From positions 13,211 to 77,210 of IMG/VR virus record IMGVR_UViG_3300030503_000315: a DNA stretch of 64,000 nt; one strand, written 5' to 3'. The position numbers were made by a program, and so were the translations under genes. The notes beneath the pieces were generated by a model. The model saw only the letters and a program-made list of their open reading frames with translations. It ran no database searches and was not told where the DNA came from. Positions 48,262 through 55,773 of this stretch are shown here, piece by piece. Position 1 is the first letter of the stretch; each line of letters starts with the position of its first letter. This DNA comes from a virus.

Positions 48262-48801
48262 TTAGATCGATGCGATCTTTTGAAGAGATGCGTGCTCGGA
48301 TGGACGTGTGGAGCTAATCAACTTACTTGCTGATTGACGTATTGCGGACACTAGTTTTTGCCCAGAATTATGCTGAGTCGCATAGGCTGCAGAGACCCCG
48401 TACAGGTCAATATGAAAGCCTAAAGTATCAGTACTTGCGCGGTAGGTAACGTACAGGGTAACATTCTTGCCCACCATCCATTGTACGGCTTCTTCATTAG
48501 GGAATTTCACCGGAAGGCCACTACCTAATTTCTCAGTTATGGTGTGTACTACGTGGTCAGCCTCAGGAGACATATTCTCTGACATAGCGGTCATTTTAGT
48601 AGTCTGAAGTCTGACAATCGCATTAGCAAGAGTGGATGAAGCTTGGTGAGTTTTCTTCTTGTAGATATACATGGTCAACGGCCAGTTGTTCTTGCCGTGG
48701 CCACCTTTTGCCGCAGACTTCGACTCATCCCACTTCTTTTCCAAGGTCTTCTTCGACCCTTTGCCCTCGCGGGCATCCTTATTGATCTTGCTTGTCGGCA
48801 T
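48262..48801 (-). CDS. Two-domain protein: basic N-terminal domain, internal tag, family A domain
   Basis: GGAGG SD before MPTSKINK; internal LANAIVRLQTT. Confidence 0.6.
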   Translation of the reverse strand: MPTSKINKDAREGKGSKKTLEKKWDESKSAAKGGHGKNNWPLTMYIYKKKTHQASSTLANAIVRLQTTKMTAMSENMSPEADHVVHTITEKLGSGLPVKFPNEEAVQWMVGKNVTLYVTYRASTDTLGFHIDLYGVSAAYATQHNSGQKLVSAIRQSASKLISSTRPSEHASLQKIASI

Positions 48802-48812
48802 TTCAACCTCCA

Positions 48813-49469
48813 TCAACGTCCATATGGATGAAGTAGCTTGAGCTGTTTCTCTCGCTCCTTCACATACTGTTCCGTGGAAATAAATTTGTGATTCGACCAC
48901 CCTGTCATGACCTGAACATTGTGTATGGGTACATTCACTATATCCAGGATAACTTCCTGTTGAGAATCTCGGAACTCTAATCCTTCCGAGAAGTATTTTC
49001 TTTGATCGTTGAAGTGTTCAATCCAGGCACACCAGGATTTATCTTTCCAAATAGAATCAACATCCAGGATGATGTCGGAATGTTTTGGTTTTATGGTAAG
49101 GAGAACTGCACTGGAATCATCTCCTGCGTCACCCATGGAGTTGCTAAAAAAGTAATCACCCATGAATTCGCGAATAACCTTCATGTCCTTTGTCCAGGAC
49201 GAAGGTTTCTTTGCTCCGACCATCTTGTTCTCAATACACTTCATGAGATTTTTATCAGATAAGGCAATCACTCGATAGAGAGTGCCAGAGTACTGTCTGA
49301 ATTTTGCTGGCCAGGGTTGCTTTTTGAGTTTCTTGGCTTCACCGGGTAGCGCACTATTTTGCCACTCGCCCAAGGTCTCTACCATATCCTCGGTAGGACC
49401 CGCTTCACCTTTCGCCATCATCAGGTGTTGCATCCTGCTTAGACGCGTCGAAGAATTTATTTTAATCAT
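48813..49469 (-). CDS. Tagged ADP-ribosyltransferase-like protein (R-S-E clade)
   Basis: TLYRVI, PSSWT, QQEVIL; N-terminus MIKINSSTRLS. Confidence 0.6.
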   Translation of the reverse strand: MIKINSSTRLSRMQHLMMAKGEAGPTEDMVETLGEWQNSALPGEAKKLKKQPWPAKFRQYSGTLYRVIALSDKNLMKCIENKMVGAKKPSSWTKDMKVIREFMGDYFFSNSMGDAGDDSSAVLLTIKPKHSDIILDVDSIWKDKSWCAWIEHFNDQRKYFSEGLEFRDSQQEVILDIVNVPIHNVQVMTGWSNHKFISTEQYVKEREKQLKLLHPYGR

Positions 49470-49476
49470 TTCTACC

Positions 49477-50223
49477 TCAGCTGCTATACTCGACAGTTAT
49501 GATACGAGGCTGACCTCGCTTACCTGGTTTAATATCCACTACTTTATACTTAGCATCCTTGTTCAACAGAATCTCATTTTCCGAACGGGTTGCGTGCCCA
49601 CCTTTCTTGAAAACGGAAAGACTATCGACGGAGATTGCTTTGCTACCCTTCGGCACTTGAATCTTCAGTATCGTTGGATTATCACCACGAGAAAAGTTGT
49701 CCGCGGTGTCCTTGTCAGTTGACGTCGATCCATATCCACGATCTTCAAAGGACTCGCCGACTTTCAGATCCTTGAACATATCCATTTCAGTTGCACCAAC
49801 ACCACGATAGACTTCAAGAGGTTCAGTTGTCTTGGCCTTATCGAATGCTTGTTCAACCAACTTCATTTCCTTTCTATCTGCTGCAGGAATATTCTTCCCC
49901 GCACGCAACGCCTTGTTAACCGATTGGTACATCACACCAGTATATTCTTTCAGCGCCTGCACTTCTTTGGGATCAAGTGTAACTGAAGCCGCTTTGTGTG
50001 CTGCTTTACCTTTGGCTACTTTCCCCGCAGGCTGCTCAACTTCAGGACTCGGTACCACTTTGGGTTTTGACTGTGGTTCTGCAACCCCTGTCTTTCCATA
50101 CTTACTACGAGGATGTCTCTTTAAGTACTGCTCTTGCTTTTCCTTACTGAGGTTGTCCCACCATCCTGCATCTATCTCGAAGGCAGTAGCGATCAACCTC
50201 CGGACAGAATTGATCTTTATCAT
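49477..50223 (-). CDS. Tagged VIP2/Alt-like mono-ADP-ribosyltransferase
   Basis: ALKEYT...Y..VN..LR, EVYRG, GYGSTS, ENEILL (ExE); N-terminus MIKINSVRRLIATAFEIDAG. Confidence 0.88.
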   Translation of the reverse strand: MIKINSVRRLIATAFEIDAGWWDNLSKEKQEQYLKRHPRSKYGKTGVAEPQSKPKVVPSPEVEQPAGKVAKGKAAHKAASVTLDPKEVQALKEYTGVMYQSVNKALRAGKNIPAADRKEMKLVEQAFDKAKTTEPLEVYRGVGATEMDMFKDLKVGESFEDRGYGSTSTDKDTADNFSRGDNPTILKIQVPKGSKAISVDSLSVFKKGGHATRSENEILLNKDAKYKVVDIKPGKRGQPRIITVEYSS

Positions 50224-50225
50224 AG

Positions 50226-51401
50226 CTAGCCCATATGTCGTTCTTGGTGTTCTTCAATCTCACGCTTAGACCAGTCCTCTGAATTGATATTCAAAGCCTC
50301 ACCTTTTGAGTGAACATACTTTGCCTCACCAACCTGGTTGTCTTTGGAGTCGATGAGCTGGACAACCCAACTACGCGCCCCTTTGTCATACCAACGTTCG
50401 ATTTTCCACCCTGCTGGTAGCTTTTTATCTACTGATATAGCAGCTGCCTGTACGGTGTCTTTACATTTCCTCAAAAAGAAACGTAGGGTATTCGTTGAAG
50501 GCTTATCTTTAAGTAACCAGGTGATCCCTGGATGCAGTGGCTGTGGGAATTCATTTGGTAGAAACCACTTGTATCCTCCCGATTCTTCATTGATCTGAGG
50601 TTCGAACTCATGAGGAACCAGAGCCACGTAGTTGTAGTAGACGAACGATTTCTTTTGATCGTTGAATGGTGTCAAGGGACGTAGCTTCATCGGACCTTGG
50701 TAACCTGTCTCTTCTAAAATTTCCCTACGCAACGCCTGGACGATCTCCTCATTGCCATCTATTGATCCACCAAACTGACCATAGGTATTAGGCATGGCCG
50801 ATGTCGAGGATCTTAGCTGAAGCAGGATACGTCCGGTGTCTTGAGCGATAATCAGAGCTCCGGTAGCTGCGTGATAACCACGAATACCAGGCACCCATTT
50901 TTCGTCCAGTTTATGTGCTTTGACGGAGTGGCCACCATGTTTTGACTTAAGATATTTTATGGCTGGACCATACTCAGGTGAGTCTAAAAGATCATCCTGC
51001 TCACCATCCAACACCTCTTTTAGAATAGCTGGGTCATTTTCTATGTACCGCGCGTGCTCGTGCCAAGGCAAGTGTACCGCAATGATGTCCGAGGGCTTCA
51101 CTTCGTCCTGAAGAACAAGCGGCTTATCCCAATTCCTCTTGGGTACTTGAAACTCAACAGTAGGGACTTCTCCAGGAGTACCGTAGAATCCCTTCTCATC
51201 CGCATAGATGCCACGAGGACCTTCAATCCCTTTAGCGTGACTCATTTGAACGCCATGCTTAAGAATAGAAGGCACGTTACTTAATTCCGTTTGATGGTAG
51301 AGCCTTACATAACCAGGTTTGATCTTCGAAGTACCTGGAAGTTCCGGAAGAGTATCGTGAGCGGTAGCTTTAAGTCGAAAGACTGAGTTTATCTTCATCA
51401 C
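50226..51401 (-). CDS. Tagged polyvalent protein: ART-like domain, Nudix hydrolase and small C-terminal domain
   Basis: RLYHQT...GIYA (His-type ART fold, tentative); complete Nudix box GSIDGNEEIVQALRREILEETGY; N-terminus MMKINSVFRLKATA. Confidence 0.75.
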   Translation of the reverse strand: MMKINSVFRLKATAHDTLPELPGTSKIKPGYVRLYHQTELSNVPSILKHGVQMSHAKGIEGPRGIYADEKGFYGTPGEVPTVEFQVPKRNWDKPLVLQDEVKPSDIIAVHLPWHEHARYIENDPAILKEVLDGEQDDLLDSPEYGPAIKYLKSKHGGHSVKAHKLDEKWVPGIRGYHAATGALIIAQDTGRILLQLRSSTSAMPNTYGQFGGSIDGNEEIVQALRREILEETGYQGPMKLRPLTPFNDQKKSFVYYNYVALVPHEFEPQINEESGGYKWFLPNEFPQPLHPGITWLLKDKPSTNTLRFFLRKCKDTVQAAAISVDKKLPAGWKIERWYDKGARSWVVQLIDSKDNQVGEAKYVHSKGEALNINSEDWSKREIEEHQERHMG

Positions 51402-53084
51402 TCATTCTTCCTTCATCTGATCGAATTTCTCAAGGTAGGCAGGGATTCTAAATCCCAAAGTCTGCCAGTACATGAGCTGTGCAGCGGGATCGATGTATGC
51501 ATTAAGAGCTGTTGTCCCGGTCACCTTGGTTCCTGAAGCTCCATTACGAACGTGGTTCAGAATCTTACCAACAGCTTCAGCCATCTTCTGGAACACTACC
51601 ATAGCAGCCTTTTCGTCCTTAGGTGGTTTCTTCTCAAAGACTTCCTGCATAAGCTGTTGGAAGACGTGTGTTCCCTTAGCTGTACGCAGTTTGTGGACCG
51701 TAGTTCCGTTGGGAGCACCCATCGACTTGAACAATGCATTTACCTGTGTTCCAGTAACGCGAATCGGACGACCCGTAGGTTTAACGTAGGTGAATAGCGG
51801 GTCTTTAGCGGTCTTACCTTGTAGCATTTGAATGATTGCTGCAGCCACATACTTCTGGTTTGCATTTGCTTTCAAAATCTTGTGCACGGTATTAACACCA
51901 TCCTTACCTTTGTAGCGAAGGACGATGTTACCACCAGAATCGACCGAGGCATGCTTCACCTGGAGAGTGGATATCCCATATGTCGATTGACCACCTGCTG
52001 CATTACCCATCGAACCAACACGAGCGGAAAACTCGTAGAGGATTTCCAGTTCAACAGCAGCAACGCAACGGATGTCCTGAGGATTGAATTTCCGGACCAG
52101 GTTGAACCACTTCTTCTGCATCGATTGCAATTTTGGCAACAGATCGGCTACCTTGCTAAACTTCTGCCTTGCCTGCGCCTTCTTGTAATCCATGGTGTAG
52201 AACGGAGCGCTACCTTGACCATCAGATTTGATTGCCAGGAATACGTAATCTGCACCACCGGGCTTGCCATACTTCGGGTTCATCTCAACCGAGGGGAAAG
52301 TGATAACGGAAGGGACGCCGTTAATCAGATGACCATCGTGAGTGTACATCCTAAGCAGATCATCTACCTGCCCAGTGAATCCAAGAGGAAGCATGTGATC
52401 GATACCATTCGCGTGCAGGAATGCCAGGAGCTCTTCGTACGGAACAGTCGAATGACCAGAGTTACGTACATAACTCACTGCTGCGTCTTTCCAAATCTGA
52501 TTGTGTTCCCTGCGGTACAACAGATATTGCTTATACGCATCCGGCTTCAGGTCCTTGACCTGTTTTGCTTCATCTAGAGTAAGTGCAGTATCGTCACGAC
52601 CAACCAACTCGTACACAAGTTGTCGTAAGGATTCGCTGGTCTTCCTTTGTGTACCGACCTTTGGTGCCATGCGCTTGGAGATGTACGGGTTGTTCATCAT
52701 ACCAGCAAATTTCTCAATCTTCTTCAGGGCAATCTCTGAGTCGGTGCGTAGATATGTTATGAGAGCTTTGAGAATTTCCAACTCTCTTGAGGTATAGCGT
52801 TCGTTCGAACGGAATGATTGAAATTCCTGCTTGAGTTCCTCTCCGAGTAGCGCTAGCTGCTCTGCTTTCGAGCGTCCCGTCAACGCGGCATTGAATGCAT
52901 TGCGGAGGGCAGGCAATTCCTTGCCCCATTGGGCAATCACAGGCTTCTGCAGATGCTTGAGTTCTTGCTCGGTTTCTTCGTCCGGCCGGCGTTCAGCACC
53001 GTTGTCCTTGTAGTCTATACTCAAGGTGTAGAGGGCTTCCAGCAAGGAAACAAGCTGTGATGCAGTAACGAGGATGGGGTTCAT
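51402..53084 (-). CDS. DNA topoisomerase IB with N-terminal extension
   Basis: ARVG, YGISTL...H, YKGKDGV, VN, HKLRTAKGT, ILNH, YIDP: the R-K-R-H-Y catalytic pentad of poxvirus/bacterial Topo IB. Confidence 0.85.
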   Translation of the reverse strand: MNPILVTASQLVSLLEALYTLSIDYKDNGAERRPDEETEQELKHLQKPVIAQWGKELPALRNAFNAALTGRSKAEQLALLGEELKQEFQSFRSNERYTSRELEILKALITYLRTDSEIALKKIEKFAGMMNNPYISKRMAPKVGTQRKTSESLRQLVYELVGRDDTALTLDEAKQVKDLKPDAYKQYLLYRREHNQIWKDAAVSYVRNSGHSTVPYEELLAFLHANGIDHMLPLGFTGQVDDLLRMYTHDGHLINGVPSVITFPSVEMNPKYGKPGGADYVFLAIKSDGQGSAPFYTMDYKKAQARQKFSKVADLLPKLQSMQKKWFNLVRKFNPQDIRCVAAVELEILYEFSARVGSMGNAAGGQSTYGISTLQVKHASVDSGGNIVLRYKGKDGVNTVHKILKANANQKYVAAAIIQMLQGKTAKDPLFTYVKPTGRPIRVTGTQVNALFKSMGAPNGTTVHKLRTAKGTHVFQQLMQEVFEKKPPKDEKAAMVVFQKMAEAVGKILNHVRNGASGTKVTGTTALNAYIDPAAQLMYWQTLGFRIPAYLEKFDQMKEE

Positions 53085-53122
53085 ATTGTGCCTTCTAATT
53101 CTGAATGACAGGATTCGATGGC

Positions 53123-53130
53123 ATCAAATT
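53123..53130 (-). promoter_or_regulatory. Putative late promoter AATTTGAT heading the Topo IB-ART operon
   Basis: Octamer immediately after the terminator that closes the early block. Confidence 0.6.
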
Positions 53131-53154
53131 GCATTCGAAACGACGCAGAGATGG

Positions 53155-53187
53155 AAAAAGACCACCCTTACTGCTGGTGGTCTTTTT
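53155..53187 (-). terminator. Intrinsic terminator (bidirectional form) at the early/late boundary
   Basis: 12-bp stem AAAAAGACCACC/GGTGGTCTTTTT. Confidence 0.85.
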
Positions 53188-53189
53188 GT

Positions 53190-53390
53190 TTACTCTTCCT
53201 CGTCTCCGTCCTCTTCTTCCGATTCCTCGCTTTGAATCTCATCAAGACGAGTATCTACTTCGTTAAGAAGATCGTCAACGTGATCCTTCAGCTCATCCAG
53301 ATCGGAATAGAACAGTTCCAGTTCATCGTCCTCTGCGCTATCAAACAGTTTTGTCAACTGTTCCTTGATATCATCAATCGGCTTACTCAT
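53190..53390 (-). CDS. Very acidic 66-aa protein
   Basis: 29 Asp/Glu of 66 residues; TGATG coupling to the upstream gene. Confidence 0.65.
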   Translation of the reverse strand: MSKPIDDIKEQLTKLFDSAEDDELELFYSDLDELKDHVDDLLNEVDTRLDEIQSEESEEEDGDEEE

Positions 53391-54190
53391 CACCAAGTCT
53401 CCACTTCATCTTCGCTACCATCGGTTAACATATCCATATCATCCCCGGTAAGAATGGAATCCATTGGGTCTTCAAGAACACTCATGACCATACCTACTCG
53501 CTGCACCTTCTCTTCAAATTCTACAGACTCCTGATCCAGCTGTGGTCCACCAAACATGTTGGCATACATTGCTTCTTCCGGCGGGATGAAATTCGGACCC
53601 TTCAGGAATTTTCCGTTAGCGTCTTTAATAGGATTACCATCTTCACCCAGCTTGGTGAAATTCGAACCCATAATGATGGCCAGGTTCTGTTCGTGCGGTA
53701 GGCCAAACTTCAGCGCTTCAGAACGAATGTAGACATTCATATCACCAAGCCAGTCGGCAAGCATTACCAGGATCTGACGATCCACCTCATCTATGCCACC
53801 ATCTTCCCACGCGATAGAAAGGATGTCTGATATCTCAATTGCGCGTTTCGGTTCGATACCAGCTGTGATGGCGTCATGTTGAAGATTCAATCCGTCCCAC
53901 ACCGTCGCGCTTTCTGTGCTGAGTGCGATCTCACGCTTGTCCAACACGAATTCGATTTCCTTACCTTCCTTCATTTCCTTCTCGAGTGTCTTGAGAAAGC
54001 CTTGCACACGCTTCAGCGGTTGCTCGTTAAGGTGTTCGGCAGAGAGCGTCGGAGCCGAGTTGATTGGCAGTTCGTAAATCTCATTCTGCTTCTTGATCGC
54101 CCACAGAAAGTACGACGACGCGGGTACGCCGGACTCTTCAAACTCATTCGAGAGACGACCAACCAGGCTTGTGAATTTATCCAGATCCAT
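53390..54190 (-). CDS. MazG-like / PRA-PH-family dNTP pyrophosphohydrolase with insertion
   Basis: E.KE, LADWLGD, IMGSNFTKLGEDGNPIKDANGKFLKGPNF.PPE. Confidence 0.8.
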   Translation of the reverse strand: MDLDKFTSLVGRLSNEFEESGVPASSYFLWAIKKQNEIYELPINSAPTLSAEHLNEQPLKRVQGFLKTLEKEMKEGKEIEFVLDKREIALSTESATVWDGLNLQHDAITAGIEPKRAIEISDILSIAWEDGGIDEVDRQILVMLADWLGDMNVYIRSEALKFGLPHEQNLAIIMGSNFTKLGEDGNPIKDANGKFLKGPNFIPPEEAMYANMFGGPQLDQESVEFEEKVQRVGMVMSVLEDPMDSILTGDDMDMLTDGSEDEVETW

Positions 54191-54229
54191 AATTCCTCAT
54201 ACAGTGATGTTAGGTTTGAACTACCCTAA

Positions 54230-54238
54230 TATTTACTG
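54230..54238 (-). promoter_or_regulatory. Putative promoter CAGTAAATA
   Basis: About 40 nt before the ATG at 54190. Confidence 0.5.
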
Positions 54239-54247
54239 TATGAGAAA

Positions 54248-54730
54248 CTACCAATCAATACTCGTATGCACCTGTAAATATCTGCCACGATCAACCAAAG
54301 GTATTTCAAATAGCCAGACAAGAATATCCGTCTCATCCAAGGATGTACAGACAACTTTTTCCTCAAACTTATCAACCAAGATATATTGATCCGGATAATT
54401 CCTCTTCCACTCTTCATGCCGATCAAGCATATCCGCGATAGGATGCGCGAACCACTTAGGGCTATTGTTCTCTACATCCAAAGCTGCAGCTTTAACCTGT
54501 ACGGCGGTAAGTATGGAGATCACAGTTCTCAAATCTCCAACTGAGACCTGCGTAGAGGCACCAGACCCCATGAAGTGAAGAGCGATGTCTCCGTCCTCCA
54601 TGGCATCTTCAGCTAACTCTTGCTGCGCCTCGATCATTGCCCACCAGGTGGCGAAGCTTGAGATAGCTTTATGCTCTTCATCTGTAAGAGTAAGAAGATT
54701 CACTAGTCTATCATTTTTAACTTTGGTCAT
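54248..54730 (-). CDS. Hypothetical early protein
   Basis: AAGGAG SD, in-line. Confidence 0.55.
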   Translation of the reverse strand: MTKVKNDRLVNLLTLTDEEHKAISSFATWWAMIEAQQELAEDAMEDGDIALHFMGSGASTQVSVGDLRTVISILTAVQVKAAALDVENNSPKWFAHPIADMLDRHEEWKRNYPDQYILVDKFEEKVVCTSLDETDILVWLFEIPLVDRGRYLQVHTSIDW

Positions 54731-54732
54731 TG

Positions 54733-55119
54733 CTACTCCTTGAGGTTGAATGCGTGCATGAGGATGAACCTTGCTTCCTCGATCAACTTCTCTTTCTCTT
54801 CAATGTATCCCTCGTCCCCCCAGAAATGTAGATCGAATTCTTCCTCAGTCCACTTGGGATATTCTTTAAACTTTAACGCTTTTGCCGACTTCTCCGCCAT
54901 CTTTTTGATATGGGACAGCATCGTCACATCTTCTTCCAGGAAATAGAGGGGACGGTGTGCACCTAGGTTTTCCCAACCTACGCACGGTTGGAAGTACCAA
55001 CCAGAGTGTGAGTTATGGTTTATGTATCCCGCGAACTTATGTACCCACTTTTCTATAGGAGCTCTACGCGGGGGAGGTGGATCTGGTTTCCACTTTGACT
55101 CCGGAGGAATTCTAACCAT
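54733..55119 (-). CDS. Hypothetical early protein
   Basis: AAGGAG SD. Confidence 0.55.
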   Translation of the reverse strand: MVRIPPESKWKPDPPPPRRAPIEKWVHKFAGYINHNSHSGWYFQPCVGWENLGAHRPLYFLEEDVTMLSHIKKMAEKSAKALKFKEYPKWTEEEFDLHFWGDEGYIEEKEKLIEEARFILMHAFNLKE

Positions 55120-55129
55120 CTAACTCTCC

Positions 55130-55543
55130 TTATGCTCGAGTATTCCACGAGGCATCCGCATCTTCCTGCGACTTGTATCCGAAGATACCCATAGGGCAAA
55201 CGTGTCGGGTGTTGTCCTTTAAGGACCACTCTTCATTCTTCACCCATCCACTGCACATGACAGAATAGCCTTCCATGTCACCATCGGGATAACGTTCAGC
55301 CTCTGCTGCACAGAACGGACATGCCTTAAGACCAGTCTTCGGATTGACAACATTTGCCAGATCACTTAAAGTTCGTCCTTCGCAGAAGAACGCGAACCCT
55401 ATCTGCAAATCAAGCCTTTCGTAATCGCCGTCCTCGTCTTTTACAAAATCACTATCCGTATTGCCGTGGTTAGCTTTACACACTTCTTCGAACATCTTGT
55501 GGAGCATCTCGTCCTTCAGCTGCTCAATGGTCTTGTCAGTCAT
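55130..55543 (-). CDS. Lar-family (restriction alleviation-like) zinc-finger protein with N-terminal extension
   Basis: LKACPFC...V.C...C...A.ASWNTRA. Confidence 0.7.
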   Translation of the reverse strand: MTDKTIEQLKDEMLHKMFEEVCKANHGNTDSDFVKDEDGDYERLDLQIGFAFFCEGRTLSDLANVVNPKTGLKACPFCAAEAERYPDGDMEGYSVMCSGWVKNEEWSLKDNTRHVCPMGIFGYKSQEDADASWNTRA

Positions 55544-55581
55544 TCTTCGTCCTCTAGATATTTGTAGTAAAGCTTCTGGCC

Positions 55582-55773
55582 TTAGTATTCTTCATAGGGA
55601 TTGAAGCCTCCAGTGAGGCGGCGATCGCGATATCCATTTGCCCAGCCACGTTCCCAATCCCTGTAGTCTTGTTGATGTTGACTTGGGATGTAAGGGCATG
55701 CCCACATAGCTTTCCCATTCTTACCTGCCTCGTACCCAAGCTCATACGGCGACTTTGGTCTTTCAACCAACAT
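55582..55773 (-). CDS. Rmf/CrpP-fold-like small protein
   Basis: YELGYEAGKNGK...CPY...W.RGW..G; start set at MLVERP. Confidence 0.6.
   Translation of the reverse strand: MLVERPKSPYELGYEAGKNGKAMWACPYIPSQHQQDYRDWERGWANGYRDRRLTGGFNPYEEY

Noticed and set aside
27829..51401. The shared N-terminal peptide as a Sec or Tat signal peptide, or as a DNA-level repeat
   Set aside because: No hydrophobic h-region, RR is present in only a few members, and codons differ between copies, so conservation is at the peptide level
55554..55766. Alternative-frame ORF overlapping the Rmf-like gene
   Set aside because: The overlapping frame 55582..55773 has the recognisable motif and a coupled start
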